Source of the DNA: an uncultured Armatimonadia bacterium
Lineage (GTDB): Bacteria > Armatimonadota > Zipacnadia > Zipacnadales > UBA11051
DNA: 64,000 nt
Assembly: GCA_964549395.1 (NCBI GenBank)
Contig: CAZJVY010000009.1
Span: 23 to 64,022, forward strand
Reading direction: 5' to 3'
The notes beneath the pieces were generated by a model. It saw nothing but the letters and a program-made list of their open reading frames with translations. It was not told the origin of the DNA and ran no database searches. The position numbers and the translations under genes are program-made. Within the stretch, counting starts at the first letter, position 1. Each line of letters begins with the position of its first letter. Shown here piece after piece: positions 9,413 to 20,871 of this stretch.

Positions 9413-11776
9413 CTACGACAGTAGTTTCAGCTTCGGGTGGTCGGCCTGCATCTTCTTGACGCCCTTGCCTTTGAATGCCACCGTCACCGTCGGCTCGCCG
9501 TTGTCCTCGTTGACCGAGACCACGATGCCCTTGCCGAAGTCCTCGTGCATGATCTTGGCACCCGCGTAGTAGGCCGACTTGCCTCCCTTGCTCTTCGCCC
9601 TTTTCTTGCGCTGGCGGGGCGCTCTCTTGTCTGAGCGCGACGCCCTGGTCTTCTTAGCCGGCTCGTCTGGCCATTCATCGGCCTCGCTCTCAGCCTCCTC
9701 CTCCGCCAGACGCCGCTCCCGCGCGATTCCCTGGTTGGCCCGCGCGCGTTGCAGGATCTCGGTCATGTCTATCTTGAACTCAGGGGCCACCTGCTGCTGA
9801 AGCGCCGCGTCCTCATCGCCGAACATCCTCGGCATCAGCGGGCTATCGGTCTCCAGCTTGCGGTCAATCAGATGCTCGGGCAGATCGTCAATGAAGCGCG
9901 AGGGCCGCATCCGCCTCGGATTGCCGAAGATGGTGCGGCCACGCGCGTAGCTCATGAATACCATCCGCTGCGCCCTTGTCAGGCCCACATAGCACAGCCG
10001 CCGTTCCTCGGCAAGCTCGAATTCATCACCCAGTGACCGCTCGTGCGGAAAGATCCCCTCTTCCAGCCCGACGATGAACACGACGGGGAACTCCAGCCCC
10101 TTCGCCGAGTGCAGCGTCATCAACGAAACCGTGCTGTCCAGCTCCTCCGCCCTGTCAATGTCGGAAAGCAGCGCCAGTCTCTCCAGAAAGCCTCCCAGCG
10201 ACGCATCCGTGGCGCTTGCCTCGTACTTGACGGCATCGGTCACCAGCTCGCCGAGATTCTCGACGCGGTCGGCGTCTTCGGCGTTCGCGCTGGCCTTCAG
10301 GCTGTCAACATACCCGGTCCGCTCCAACACACGGCGCAGCAACTTGGCGACCCCCATGCTCTGGGCGTCTCTGCGCAGTCCCTCCATGACATCGTGGAAG
10401 TCCAACACCGCGTCCTTCTGTGCCTTGCGCAACTCCGCATCTTCGGCAATCAACGGACATGCCTCATATAGGCTCACACCGGCCGCGTGCGCGATCTGCG
10501 TCAGCCGCCCCACGGTCGCGTCACCGATCTTCCGCGCCGGCCGGTTGATGATGCGCTGGAAAGCTATCGAGTCGGTGAGATTGAAGAGCACCTTGAGGTA
10601 GGCCGCTATGTCCTTGACCTCGGAGCGGTCATAGAACGACATCCCGCCGACGATTTCATAGGGGATGCCCCGCTCACGCAGCGCCGCCTCGAATACCCGT
10701 GACATGGCATTGGTGCGGTACAGAATCGCGTAGTCGCCGTAGCGCAGGCCGCTGGAGCCGACCTGCCGCGCGATCAGCCGTCCAACCCAACTGGCCTCCT
10801 CCTCCTCATTGACCGCCTCGTACACCACCAGGTTGTCGCCCGCGCAGTTCTCGGTCCACAGCTTCTTCTCCGCCCGCGTGTCGTTGCGGCAGATGACCTG
10901 ATACGCGCAATCCAGTATCTTCTGCGTCGAGCGGTAGTTCTGCTCCAGCTTGACGACCTTGGTCTTCTTGAAGTCGTCCTGAAAGCTGAGAATCAGCCCC
11001 ACATTGGCACCGCGCCATCCGTAGATGCTCTGGTCGTCATCGCCCACCACGCAGATGTTGCCACGCGGGCCCGACAGCAGCCTTATCAATTCGTACTGGG
11101 CGTAGTTGATATCCTGGTACTCGTCAACGAGGATGTAGCGAAACCGCTTTCGCAACTCCTTGAGCACCTCCGGGCGCGTCTGCAGAAGCTCCACGGCCCT
11201 CATCAGCAGGTCGTCGAAGTCGAGTGCGTTATTCGCCCGCAGCGCCTCTTGGTAGCGGCCGTAGGCACGGGCGACCAGCTCCTCGAACGGCCCCTTGCGC
11301 GTGCGCCTGTACCCCTGCACATCGAGAAGCTCATTCTTGCCGCTGCTTATCGAGTTCAGTATCTGCAGCGGGCTGTACTCCCCATTCCCCTCCGCCAGCA
11401 GCCTCACGGACTGCTTGATCAGCGCCTGCTGGTCGCTCTCGTCGTAGATGACGAAGTTGGGCGCGATCCCGATTTTCTCCCCGTAGCGCCGGAGCAGACG
11501 GGCGCAGATGGAGTGAAAAGTGCCTGCCCACACCTCGCCCGCATGCTCGCCGATCAGCTTGACGATGCGCTGCTTCATCTCCCCGGCGGCCTTGTTGGTG
11601 AAGGTGACGGCCAGGATGCTGGAGGGCGCGATGCCCTTCTCCTGCACCATGTAGGCGATGCGGTATGTCAGCGCGCGCGTCTTGCCGCTGCCCGCGCCGG
11701 CGAATATCAATACCGGGCCGTCAATGGTGGTCACTGCTTCTCGTTGCTGCGGGTTGAGTTGGTCAAGTAGAGACAA
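9413..11776 (-). CDS. pcrA: ATP-dependent DNA helicase PcrA/UvrD
   Basis: AGAGSGKT, TFTNKAA, VDEYQD, GDDDQSIYGWRGA, NYRS, TLHSAKGLEF, EERRLCYVGLTRA, C-terminal Tudor-like domain. Confidence 0.95.
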   Translation of the reverse strand: MSLLDQLNPQQREAVTTIDGPVLIFAGAGSGKTRALTYRIAYMVQEKGIAPSSILAVTFTNKAAGEMKQRIVKLIGEHAGEVWAGTFHSICARLLRRYGEKIGIAPNFVIYDESDQQALIKQSVRLLAEGNGEYSPLQILNSISSGKNELLDVQGYRRTRKGPFEELVARAYGRYQEALRANNALDFDDLLMRAVELLQTRPEVLKELRKRFRYILVDEYQDINYAQYELIRLLSGPRGNICVVGDDDQSIYGWRGANVGLILSFQDDFKKTKVVKLEQNYRSTQKILDCAYQVICRNDTRAEKKLWTENCAGDNLVVYEAVNEEEEASWVGRLIARQVGSSGLRYGDYAILYRTNAMSRVFEAALRERGIPYEIVGGMSFYDRSEVKDIAAYLKVLFNLTDSIAFQRIINRPARKIGDATVGRLTQIAHAAGVSLYEACPLIAEDAELRKAQKDAVLDFHDVMEGLRRDAQSMGVAKLLRRVLERTGYVDSLKASANAEDADRVENLGELVTDAVKYEASATDASLGGFLERLALLSDIDRAEELDSTVSLMTLHSAKGLEFPVVFIVGLEEGIFPHERSLGDEFELAEERRLCYVGLTRAQRMVFMSYARGRTIFGNPRRMRPSRFIDDLPEHLIDRKLETDSPLMPRMFGDEDAALQQQVAPEFKIDMTEILQRARANQGIARERRLAEEEAESEADEWPDEPAKKTRASRSDKRAPRQRKKRAKSKGGKSAYYAGAKIMHEDFGKGIVVSVNEDNGEPTVTVAFKGKGVKKMQADHPKLKLLS

Positions 11777-11927
11777 TCATATCACCAGGGAGCATCTGCC
11801 GAAGGCAATGGGTCACGTGTGTGCGCCTATCATCTTCGCGCTGCGCTCGCGCCTCTCCTCTTGAGGCTAAGGGAGCCATTTACGCCCGGAGGCCGTGGGC
11901 ATCAGCGTCGGATGCAGGCGTCTTCCC

Positions 11928-13541
11928 CTATTCCTGCTGCTGTTGCAGACAGGCCTGGATAAAGCCCGCGAACAGGGGATGGGCGCGGTTGGGCCGCGAC
12001 TTGAACTCCGGATGGAACTGCGAGGCTATGAAGAACGGGTGATCCGGTATCTCTATCATCTCAACCAGATCGCCCTCCGGCGAGGTTCCGCAGATGTTCA
12101 GGCCGGCTGCGGTCAACTGCTGCCGGTAGGTGTTATTCACCTCATAGCGGTGCCGATGCCGTTCCGAGATGTCCGTGGCCCCGTACAGCCCGTGCGCCAG
12201 CGTGCCGGGCTCGATGCGGCATGGATACGCGCCCAACCGCATCGTTCCACCCAGCTCGGTTATGTACTCCTGTTCCTTCAGATAGATGATTATCGGATGC
12301 GAGGTGTTCTCGTCGAATTCGGTGCTGTTCGCCCCCGCTAATCCGCAGACATCGCGGGCGAACTCGATGACGGCAATCTGCAGCCCCAGGCACAGCCCCA
12401 GATACGGCACCTTGTTCTCGCGCGCATAGCGGGCAGCGGCTATCTTGCCCTCAATCCCGCGGTCGCCGAAGCCCCCCGGAACCAGTACGCCGCAAACGCC
12501 GTCCAGCAGCGCATCGGCTCCGTCGCGTTCCACATCCTCCGAATCGACGTACTTGATGTTCACGTGGCAATCGTTGGCGGCCCCGCCGTGCTTGATCGCC
12601 TCTGTCACCGACAGGTAGGCATCGTATAGGTCCATGTACTTGCCCACCATCGCCAGCGTCGTCTCATGCTTCGGGTTCTCGATCCGCTCCACCATCTCGG
12701 CCCATTCGTTGTCCGCCGGCTTGCGCACACCCAGCCCCAGCCGCTCCGTCACCAAATCAGCTATCCCCTGCGCGTCCATGCTCAACGGAATGCTGTAGAG
12801 GGAGCGGTCGGTATCCACGCCCTCGATCACCGCCTCGGGTGGCACATCACAGAACAGCGATATCTTGTTGCGGACACCGTCCGGCAGCGGGTACTTGCAG
12901 CGGGCCACGAGCACCTGGGGCTGAATGCCCGTCCGCCGCAACTCCTGCACGCTGTGCTGCGTCGGCTTGGTCTTCAGCTCTCCGACCGAGTCCAGGTACG
13001 GTACCAACGTCACGTGTACGAAGCAGGTGCTGTTGGGGCCCTCCTCCACCCGCATCTGCCGAATCGCTTCCAGGAACGGCTGGCCCTCGATGTCCCCCAC
13101 CGTCCCCCCGATCTCCGTGATGCAGACCTCCGCATCGTTGTGCTTGGCAGCCAGGCGGATGCGCGACTTGATCTCGTCGGTGATGTGCGGGATGACCTGC
13201 ACCGTCTTGCCCAGGTAGTAGTCCCCGTTCCGCTCCTTCGATATCACCACATCATAGATGCTGCCTGTGGTGATATTGCAGTCGCGCGTCAGCGGCTCGT
13301 CAATGAACCGCTCGTAGTGCCCTAGGTCCAAATCGGTTTCCGCCCCGTCGTCCGTGACGAAGACCTCGCCGTGTTGGAATGGGTTCATCAGCCCGGCATC
13401 CACGTTGATGTACGGGTCCACCTTCACCAGCGCCACCCGGAAGCCCCGATTGCGCAGCAGCCTACCCAATGACGCAGTGGTGATCCCTTTGCCGATGCCG
13501 GACACGACGCCGCCGGTCACGAATACATACTTGGTGTCCAT
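11928..13541 (-). CDS. pyrG: CTP synthase
   Basis: [54 protein letters not shown]. Confidence 0.98.
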   Translation of the reverse strand: MDTKYVFVTGGVVSGIGKGITTASLGRLLRNRGFRVALVKVDPYINVDAGLMNPFQHGEVFVTDDGAETDLDLGHYERFIDEPLTRDCNITTGSIYDVVISKERNGDYYLGKTVQVIPHITDEIKSRIRLAAKHNDAEVCITEIGGTVGDIEGQPFLEAIRQMRVEEGPNSTCFVHVTLVPYLDSVGELKTKPTQHSVQELRRTGIQPQVLVARCKYPLPDGVRNKISLFCDVPPEAVIEGVDTDRSLYSIPLSMDAQGIADLVTERLGLGVRKPADNEWAEMVERIENPKHETTLAMVGKYMDLYDAYLSVTEAIKHGGAANDCHVNIKYVDSEDVERDGADALLDGVCGVLVPGGFGDRGIEGKIAAARYARENKVPYLGLCLGLQIAVIEFARDVCGLAGANSTEFDENTSHPIIIYLKEQEYITELGGTMRLGAYPCRIEPGTLAHGLYGATDISERHRHRYEVNNTYRQQLTAAGLNICGTSPEGDLVEMIEIPDHPFFIASQFHPEFKSRPNRAHPLFAGFIQACLQQQQE

Positions 13542-13576
13542 CGCCCTATCACCCGTGCTTCGCATTAAACGGCGAA

Positions 13577-13610
13577 GCTGCGAGTTCGGACCAGGTCCTC
13601 AACTCGCAGC
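13577..13610. other. Intergenic stem-loop between guaA and pyrG
   Basis: GCTGCGAGTT...AACTCGCAGC perfect 10-bp stem with an inner GGAC/GTCC pairing. Confidence 0.5.
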
Positions 13611-13638
13611 CGTTGCCGGTGACGCACATCTTGCCCGC

Positions 13639-15195
13639 CTATTCCCACTCGATGGTCGCCGGAGGTTTCGAGGTTATGTCATACAGCACCCGGTTGACCC
13701 CATGCACCTCATTAACAACCCGATTCGATATCCTTGCCAACACGTCATGTGGAATCCGCGCCCAGTCCGCGGTCATGAAGTCGTCAGTGGTGACCGCGCG
13801 CACGATGACCGGATGCGCATAGCTGCGCTCGTCCCCCATCACACCAACGGAGCGCACGTCCACGAATACCGCAAAGCTCTGGGAAATTGCGCCCATCAGG
13901 TCCGCGGCCCGCAACTCCTCGTGCATGATGGCGTCAACTTCACGCACGATGTCAAGGCGCTCGCGGGTGACTGCGCCGATGATCCGCACCGCCAGTCCCG
14001 GCCCCGGGAACGGCTGCCGCGTCACGATCTCCTCCGGCAAGCCGAGCTGCCGCCCGACCTCACGCACCTCATCCTTGAAAAGCAGGCGCAACGGCTCGAT
14101 GTTCTCCTCGTATTTCATATCCGCCGGAAGCCCGCCGACATTGTGATGTGTCTTGATCGTCGCCGTCTGCTCGCCGCCGCTCTCGATGACATCCGGGTAG
14201 AGCGTGCCGTGCGCGATGTACTTGAAAGTCCCCAGCTTCTCCGACTCGGCCTCGAACGTGCGGATGAACGTCTCGCCGATGATCCTGCGCTTCTGCTCGG
14301 GGTCCGTAACGCCTGCCAGCTTCCCCAGGAACGTCTCGGAGGCGTCAATCGCTACGAACTGCGCGGCGCCCTGCCAGTCGTCGAACGCGGCGATGACCTG
14401 TTGCGGCTCATCCTTGCGCATGAGGCCGTGGTCAATGAACATGCAGGTCAGTTGCGGGCCGACCGCGCGGTCCAGGAGCGCAGCCGTGACCATCGAGTCG
14501 ACTCCGCCGGATACTCCGCAGAGCACCCGGTCGTCGCCTATCTTCTCGCGCAGCTCGGCCACGGTCTGCTCGATGAAAGCCTCGGACTGCCAGGTGCCGG
14601 TGCAGCCGCAGATGTCGTAGAGGAAGTTGCGCAGCAGTTGCTTGCCGCAGGCGGTATGGTGAACTTCGGGATGGAACTGCACGCCGTAGAGCTTGCGCTG
14701 AGGGTCGGCCATCGCCGCTACCGGGCTGTGCCGGCTGCGGGCCAGGACCTTGAACCCCGGCGGCACTTTCGTCACCTTGTCACCGTGGCTCATCCAGGTC
14801 GAGGTCTCGCTGACCACTCCCTTGAACAGCAGGTCCCGGTCCACGATCTCAATCGGCACGTGTCCGTACTCGCGTTGCTGTTCGTCGCGGCCCACCTCAC
14901 CGCCCAGCAGGTGAGCCAGCAACTGCTGCCCGTAGCAGATGCCCAGCACCGGAATGCCCGCCTCCAGTATCGCACGCTGAATGCTGGGCGCACCGGGGGC
15001 ATAGACGCTGCTTGGCCCCCCCGAGAGGATGATCCCCTTCGGCTGCTCCGCCAGAATCTGCTCCAGGCTGATGCTCGCGGGCCTGATCTCGCTATACACG
15101 TGCTGCTCGCGGACTTTGCGCACGATGAGCTGCACGTACTGCGCGCCGAAGTCCACTACCAACACAGTTTCCTGTCGAGCAGCACCGCTCGCCAC
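13639..15195 (-). CDS. guaA: GMP synthase (glutamine-hydrolysing)
   Basis: [41 protein letters not shown]; start placed at GTG 15195 after an AAGGA SD. Confidence 0.97.
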   Translation of the reverse strand: MASGAARQETVLVVDFGAQYVQLIVRKVREQHVYSEIRPASISLEQILAEQPKGIILSGGPSSVYAPGAPSIQRAILEAGIPVLGICYGQQLLAHLLGGEVGRDEQQREYGHVPIEIVDRDLLFKGVVSETSTWMSHGDKVTKVPPGFKVLARSRHSPVAAMADPQRKLYGVQFHPEVHHTACGKQLLRNFLYDICGCTGTWQSEAFIEQTVAELREKIGDDRVLCGVSGGVDSMVTAALLDRAVGPQLTCMFIDHGLMRKDEPQQVIAAFDDWQGAAQFVAIDASETFLGKLAGVTDPEQKRRIIGETFIRTFEAESEKLGTFKYIAHGTLYPDVIESGGEQTATIKTHHNVGGLPADMKYEENIEPLRLLFKDEVREVGRQLGLPEEIVTRQPFPGPGLAVRIIGAVTRERLDIVREVDAIMHEELRAADLMGAISQSFAVFVDVRSVGVMGDERSYAHPVIVRAVTTDDFMTADWARIPHDVLARISNRVVNEVHGVNRVLYDITSKPPATIEWE

Positions 15196-15442
15196 TATAC
15201 ACGCTTCCTTGACTGTGCTAAAATCTGGGCGATATGCGAGACGTGTGACCGCAGTGGCATGCCGCGTTCGTCGCGGACGGAGCAAACACGAATGGGGCAG
15301 CCATACCAACCGGCCGGCGAATACATGGCATCCGCCGTACTATAATACACGATATCCGCAGCCGTGTCTATGTCGCCATCCACCAGTGTGGCGGCATTGC
15401 GGTTCCTGTCGGCAAGCGGTCCGCTTGCCGCATCGGGAAAGG

Positions 15443-16063
15443 ATGAAATCGGACTTGATCGCTCTCATTGACTATGGAGAAGGCAACCTCGGCAGTGTCG
15501 AGAAGGCCCTCAGGCACGTCGGCTGTGACGTGCAGATTACCAACTCGCCTGCAGTGCTCGATGCCGCCGATGGTGTGGTCATGCCCGGTGTCGGCGCCTT
15601 CGACGATTGCGTGCACGGGCTGGAGAAGAGCGGCCTCATCGAGCCGATCAAGCAGCTCATTACCGACGGCAAGCCGTTCCTCGGCATCTGCCTCGGCCTG
15701 CAGATGCTGTTTGCCGGCAGTGAGGAAGGACAGCGAGATGGACTCGGACTGCTGCCGGGCCGCGTGGTTCGCTTCCGGCATGAGCTGAAGGTGCCTCAGA
15801 TCGGCTGGAACCAAGTATCCAAGGTCCATTACGCTCCTCACCTGGACGGAATTGACAGCGGCTCCTGGGTGTACTTCGTGCACTCCTATTACGTCGTGCC
15901 GGACGACGAAGCCGTCATCGCCACCACCACCGACTACGGCATCGAATTCTGCTCCTCGATCTGGTGCGATAACCTGTTTGCCTGCCAGTTCCATCCGGAG
16001 AAGAGCCAGGCGGTGGGGCTGAAGGTCCTGGACAACTTCCGCAAGTTGGTTGAGGGGGCATAG
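15443..16063 (+). CDS. hisH: Imidazole glycerol phosphate synthase, glutaminase subunit
   Basis: [36 protein letters not shown]. Confidence 0.96.
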   Translation: MKSDLIALIDYGEGNLGSVEKALRHVGCDVQITNSPAVLDAADGVVMPGVGAFDDCVHGLEKSGLIEPIKQLITDGKPFLGICLGLQMLFAGSEEGQRDGLGLLPGRVVRFRHELKVPQIGWNQVSKVHYAPHLDGIDSGSWVYFVHSYYVVPDDEAVIATTTDYGIEFCSSIWCDNLFACQFHPEKSQAVGLKVLDNFRKLVEGA

Positions 16064-16112
16064 TCGGGCCTGCAGTGCGTGTCCGTGCCCCTATCAAGTG
16101 AGAGTGAGTAAC

Positions 16113-16916
16113 ATGCTGGCCAAGCGAGTTATCCCGTGCCTGGACGTGACTGAGGGCAGGGTCGTCAAGGGCGTACACTTCGTGAACCTGGTTGATGCCG
16201 GCGATCCGGTTGAGCAGGCCGCCGAGTACGACCGCCAGGGCGCGGATGAGCTGACGTTCCTGGACATAACCGCCTCCTCCGACCATCGCCCGACCATGCT
16301 CGACATCGTGAGGCGGACGGCGGAGCAGGTGTTCATCCCGTTCACGGTCGGCGGGGGCATCCGCGCCGTTGAGGACATCCAGCAGACACTGCGCGCCGGC
16401 GCGGATAAGACCGCCATCAACACGGCGGCAATCCGCAATCCCGATATCATCAATGTGGCGGCCCGCCGCTTCGGCAACCAGTGCATCGTCGTGGCCATTG
16501 ACGCCCGCCGCGAGAGCGATGGACGGGAGACTGCACCCAACCTCGGCTACAACCCCGATGCCGAAATCGAGTGGAAGACCTACGTCTATGGCGGGCGGGA
16601 GCGCACCGAGGTTGATGCCCTGAAGTGGGCGGTGGAGGTCGAGCAGCGCGGGGCCGGCGAGCTACTGGTCACCAGCATGGATGCCGACGGCACCACCGCC
16701 GGATATGACATTGAGCTCTTGCGTCGCATATCTTCCAGCGTCAGCATCCCCGTCATCGCTTCCGGCGGCGCAGGCAATGCGCGGCACATGTACGATGCCC
16801 TCACGCTGGGGCAAGCCGACGCGGTGCTGGCCGCCAGCATCTTCCACTTCGGCCAAACCACCGTCGGCGACATCAAGCAACAGCTCGCCGACATGGGCAT
16901 TCAAGTCAGGCTGTAG
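16113..16916 (+). CDS. hisF: Imidazole glycerol phosphate synthase, cyclase subunit
   Basis: [50 protein letters not shown]. Confidence 0.97.
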   Translation: MLAKRVIPCLDVTEGRVVKGVHFVNLVDAGDPVEQAAEYDRQGADELTFLDITASSDHRPTMLDIVRRTAEQVFIPFTVGGGIRAVEDIQQTLRAGADKTAINTAAIRNPDIINVAARRFGNQCIVVAIDARRESDGRETAPNLGYNPDAEIEWKTYVYGGRERTEVDALKWAVEVEQRGAGELLVTSMDADGTTAGYDIELLRRISSSVSIPVIASGGAGNARHMYDALTLGQADAVLAASIFHFGQTTVGDIKQQLADMGIQVRL

Positions 16917-16926
16917 CGGAGCCGAC

Positions 16927-17757
16927 ATGACAGGTTCACCCGGCCGCGGCGCCGACGCCGTCCCGCGCAAACTGGCCCTCATAACCGGCGCATCCAGCGG
17001 CATCGGGAGGGCGTTCGCCCTCAGGCTGGCTGCCGAGGGTTACGATCTGATCCTCGTCGCGCGAGACAGCCGGCGCCTTGAGACCCTCGCTGCAGAGTTG
17101 CACGCCGCCCACGGGATCAACGCCGAGGTGCTGGCCGCCGACCTCACCGACCCGCCTCAACTACTCGCCGTGGAACGATGCATCACCCGTGCCGACACCC
17201 TCGATCTTCTCATCAACAACGCCGGCTTCATCACGGTCGGCAGCTTCGCCGACAACGACCCCGACGGCCAGGAGGCGATGATCCGGCTGCATGTCATCGC
17301 CACGGTGCGCCTGACCCGCGCCGCGCTGCCGGGCATGATCGCCAGGGGCAGCGGGAGCATTATCAACGTATCCTCCCTGGCGGCGTTCTTTCCCGCTCCC
17401 GGCAACGTGAGCTATTTCGCCACCAAGTCGTACGTGAAGGACTTCACCGAGACGCTCCAATTCGAGCTGATCGGCACAGGCGTGAGGCTGATGGCGCTGT
17501 GTCCCGGCTGGACCCACACCGAGATCCACCAGCGCCAGGGAGCGGACGAATCCTCGGTGCCCAGAGGCTGGTGGATGACGCCTGATTACGTGGTCGCCGA
17601 GGCGCTCAAGTGCCTGCGGCGGGGCAGGCTTTGCTGCATCCCCGGCTTCAGGTGCCGCATGGTGGCGCTGCTGTCGGTCTTGCTGCCGACTCCGCTGAAG
17701 CGCTGGCTCACCCGCAAGTACTACGAGCGCCGCGCCCGCCGACTTGGCGTGACCTGA
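16927..17757 (+). CDS. Short-chain dehydrogenase/reductase
   Basis: TGASSGIG, NNAG, YFATK catalytic YxxxK. Confidence 0.92.
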   Translation: MTGSPGRGADAVPRKLALITGASSGIGRAFALRLAAEGYDLILVARDSRRLETLAAELHAAHGINAEVLAADLTDPPQLLAVERCITRADTLDLLINNAGFITVGSFADNDPDGQEAMIRLHVIATVRLTRAALPGMIARGSGSIINVSSLAAFFPAPGNVSYFATKSYVKDFTETLQFELIGTGVRLMALCPGWTHTEIHQRQGADESSVPRGWWMTPDYVVAEALKCLRRGRLCCIPGFRCRMVALLSVLLPTPLKRWLTRKYYERRARRLGVT

Positions 17758-17788
17758 ACGCCGTCACCTTGTCTGAAAGGGGAATATC

Positions 17789-18649
17789 ATGCCCATGATA
17801 CCCGCTCTCTGGACGAACATGTTCGCAAAGCAGTCGCCCCCCGACGCGCTGAGGACCCTCTCGCGGCTGGGATGGCCGGCGGCGGAGATGAGCTGCGACC
17901 ATGCCGCCCTGCTGCGCAACAACGACGGTCTCATCGAAAGCTGCGCCCGCGCCGTGGCCGAAACCGGCATACTCGTCCCCCAGATGCACCTCATGCTGAA
18001 AGCCAACCTCGCCAACCTCGACGAGGCCGCACGCGCCGCCGACATCGAGGCCGTCATCGCCGACATCAACACCTGCGCCCGCCTGGGCATCGCCGTCGGC
18101 GTCATTCATCCTGGCGGCTTCCATGATGTCAACACCTATGACGAATGGCAGCGCATGGGCGAAGTGCGCCGGGAGAGCTTCGCCGCAATCGCCCGCGTAG
18201 CCGGCGAGCAGGGCGTGAAGGTCGCCGTCGAGCACATGTTTGACGAGGGCGGGGGAGTGCACGGCCATCGCCGCTTCGGCGGGTCTGTGGATGACGTGCT
18301 GGAGCTGTGCGCGCAGGTAGGCTCAGACCACCTTGGCATCTGCTTCGACACCAGCCATGGCCACCTGATGGGGATGAATCTGCCCGAGTGCATCAGGCGC
18401 TGTGGGGACAGGCTTTGGGCCTTGCACGTGTCGGATAACTACGGCGACGTGGACCGCCATTACATCCCGGGCAACGGCTCCATCGAGTGGGGACCAGTCG
18501 TGGCGGCTCTTAAGGAGATAGGCTACAACGGCCCATTCGTCCTGGAGACGTGGAATCTGAACACCGGCGGCGAATCAGACCCCTCGGAGCTGGAATTGGG
18601 CGCCGGCTACGCCCTCAATGTCGCCAACAAGCTCCTGGAGTCATACTGA
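17789..18649 (+). CDS. Sugar phosphate isomerase/epimerase (xylose-isomerase-like TIM barrel)
   Basis: VAVEH, CFDTSH, LHVSDN, H..PG.G.I.W, LE metal ligands. Confidence 0.85.
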   Translation: MPMIPALWTNMFAKQSPPDALRTLSRLGWPAAEMSCDHAALLRNNDGLIESCARAVAETGILVPQMHLMLKANLANLDEAARAADIEAVIADINTCARLGIAVGVIHPGGFHDVNTYDEWQRMGEVRRESFAAIARVAGEQGVKVAVEHMFDEGGGVHGHRRFGGSVDDVLELCAQVGSDHLGICFDTSHGHLMGMNLPECIRRCGDRLWALHVSDNYGDVDRHYIPGNGSIEWGPVVAALKEIGYNGPFVLETWNLNTGGESDPSELELGAGYALNVANKLLESY

Positions 18650-18757
18650 GCGCTCCCAGGCGTTAGAGCCAGGCAAGGGTCCGTCTCCGCGCTGCGATCA
18701 GGTTTCACCTGGGCCAGACTCTCTGGCCTGTGGTTCCATGGCATTGCGAACGTGTTC

Positions 18758-18904
18758 GTAGGACGGGCGTCCCTGCCCGTCGTCGTTGTTGTTCGGGAAA
18801 TCCACAGGCTGAAAAGCCTGTGCCACGCGACAATAGGGAAGGGGCGCGGTGGTGGTGTTCTGGCTAGAGTAGGAGTCTTTGACGGAGGGGGTCCAGGGGG
18901 CCGT
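18758..18904 (+). repeat. REP-like mosaic D-C-F
   Basis: GTAGGACGGGCGTCCCTGCCCGTC; CACAGGCTGAAAAGCCTGTGCCAC; tail GGGGCGCGGTGGTGGTG...TAGGAGTCTTTG. Confidence 0.8.
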
Positions 18905-19831
18905 TTAGTCCCCGGGGAACTCGCCCAGCGACCTGATGTACTCGATTGAGGCCACGACATCCGCGTGATACTCCGAGATGTCGTCCGTCTCCGTGGCCCC
19001 GTGAAATGTCTCCACCTCGAAGCTGAACGGCCCGTAGAAACCGACCGCATGCAGGATCTCGAAAACCTTGCGGAAATCCACCTCGCCCTCGCCCAGCCGA
19101 GGCAGCACGTGTTCCTGCCTGGTCTTGCCACGGACAATATCCTTCAAATGCACGTGAAACACGCGGTCGGCCAGCGTTGCCAGCGCCTCTGCGCCGCCTG
19201 CGGCATCCAGCGTCTCGTTGTAGTAAAGGATGTTCGCGGTGTCGAAGTTCACGCCCAGGTTCTCCCTGTTGACCTCCTCAAGCGTCCGCAGTGCCTCCGC
19301 CGTGTTCTCCATCACGCCCGCGTGGATCTCCAGCGCCAACTCGACGCCTCGGTCCGCCGCGTAGTCGGCGACTTCGCGCAGCATCGCGTAGGCGAAATAG
19401 CGCGCCTCTTTGCCCTCTTGCGATTCTTGTCCGGCGGGCTCACCGGGCTTGTGGCCGAGAGCCTTGTGGTGGCACCCCAGCACGATGATGCCGGCTTCCA
19501 GGGCCTCTGCCAGGTCTATCCGCCGCTTGATGAACTCGGCCGCTCCCGGATAGCCGGTGTAACCGAACACGTCCAGGCTGTCCACCATGAAGCCGTCCTG
19601 CGCCAGCAGTTGCCTGAGGTCCGGCAGGCTGTAGCGCCACTCGCCGCCCAGCGGCGCATCGAACATCAACTCGGGAACCAGCGAGTTGGGGCGCACCTGC
19701 TCCGCCGGCAATTCCACCGTGCGGATCGGCGTCTGCCTGATCTGCGCCAGGCACTCAGCCAGGTCGAAGCGCCCCCACGTGTAGCAGTTCATGTTGATGG
19801 CATAAGAGTTGCCCGGAAGGCTGTTGGTCAT
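18905..19831 (-). CDS. Sugar phosphate isomerase/epimerase
   Basis: LALEIH, NFDTAN, HVHLKD, LGEGEVDF, FEVE; start ATG 19831. Confidence 0.85.
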   Translation of the reverse strand: MTNSLPGNSYAINMNCYTWGRFDLAECLAQIRQTPIRTVELPAEQVRPNSLVPELMFDAPLGGEWRYSLPDLRQLLAQDGFMVDSLDVFGYTGYPGAAEFIKRRIDLAEALEAGIIVLGCHHKALGHKPGEPAGQESQEGKEARYFAYAMLREVADYAADRGVELALEIHAGVMENTAEALRTLEEVNRENLGVNFDTANILYYNETLDAAGGAEALATLADRVFHVHLKDIVRGKTRQEHVLPRLGEGEVDFRKVFEILHAVGFYGPFSFEVETFHGATETDDISEYHADVVASIEYIRSLGEFPGD

Positions 19832-19875
19832 CGCCGTCCTACCCTCTCCCAACATCGTGGTTGCTGGCAGTGTTG

Positions 19876-20871
19876 TCAGTCCCCCGGGAACGCATCCCGC
19901 ATGCGGCCGGCCCTGTACTTGATGTAACGCACGGTGTAGACCGGCTTGTTCTGCGCCTCGTAATACGTCCGCGCTTGCAGCTCCGCCATGAGGCCCAGGC
20001 ATATCAACTGCACGCCTACCAGCATCAGTAGAACCGCCAGGAACAGCGCCGGGCGACTAGCAAGCGCCTCGTGATATGCGAACTTGCGGAAGCTCAGATA
20101 CAGGGCTAGCAGGAACCCGACACCCCCCGATATCAGTCCCCAGCGCCCGAATACCTGCAGCGGCCGCGTCGCGTACGTGAGCAGGAACTTCACCGTCGCC
20201 AGGTCCAGCACCACCTTGAGGATCCGCGACAGGCCGTACTTGGTCCGGCCATAGACGCGCGGGTGATGCTTCACCTCCATCTCGGTGACACGCCCGCCCG
20301 CCCAGTACGCCAGCGCCGGAATGAAGCGGTGCGTCTCGCCGTACAGCTTCACATCGCTGAGTACCTCCGCCCGGTACGCCTTCAGCGAGCAGCCATAGTC
20401 ATGCAGGTGGACGCCGGTCACCCGCGAGATCAGCCAGTTCGCCAGTCGCGACGGCAGCGTGCGCGTCAGCCACGTATCCTTGCGGTGTCGCCGCCAGCCG
20501 CTCACCACATCATACCCATCATCCAGCTTCTCCAGCATCCGCGGGATGTCTTCCGGGTCGTTCTGCAGGTCGGCGTCCATTGCCACTACCGCTTCACCGC
20601 GGGCCAAGTCGAATCCCGCGGCCAGTGCCGCCGTCTGGCCGAAGTTGCGCCGCAGGTGGATTACGGTGAAGCGCTCGTCCTTTTCGGCGATCTCGTCCAG
20701 CCGCTGCGGGCTTCCGTCGGTGCTCCCGTCATCCACCAGGATAACCTCCGCAGGCCGCCCCAGGCCGTCCATCACCCTCGCGAGGCTCTCGTATAGCGGG
20801 TACAGGGCGTCCACTTCGTTGAAGACCGGCACCACGATGGAGACCCGCCCGACGATATCTTCAGGTGGCAT
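19876..20871 (-). CDS. GT2 glycosyltransferase, ArnC/polyprenyl-phosphate sugar transferase-like
   Basis: VPVFNE, DDGSTD, RNFGQTAAL, MDADLQNDP, DYGC, two C-terminal TM helices. Confidence 0.92.
   Translation of the reverse strand: MPPEDIVGRVSIVVPVFNEVDALYPLYESLARVMDGLGRPAEVILVDDGSTDGSPQRLDEIAEKDERFTVIHLRRNFGQTAALAAGFDLARGEAVVAMDADLQNDPEDIPRMLEKLDDGYDVVSGWRRHRKDTWLTRTLPSRLANWLISRVTGVHLHDYGCSLKAYRAEVLSDVKLYGETHRFIPALAYWAGGRVTEMEVKHHPRVYGRTKYGLSRILKVVLDLATVKFLLTYATRPLQVFGRWGLISGGVGFLLALYLSFRKFAYHEALASRPALFLAVLLMLVGVQLICLGLMAELQARTYYEAQNKPVYTVRYIKYRAGRMRDAFPGD

Noticed and set aside
13354-15345. 663-aa plus-strand ORF
   Set aside because: Antisense shadow of guaA and pyrG.
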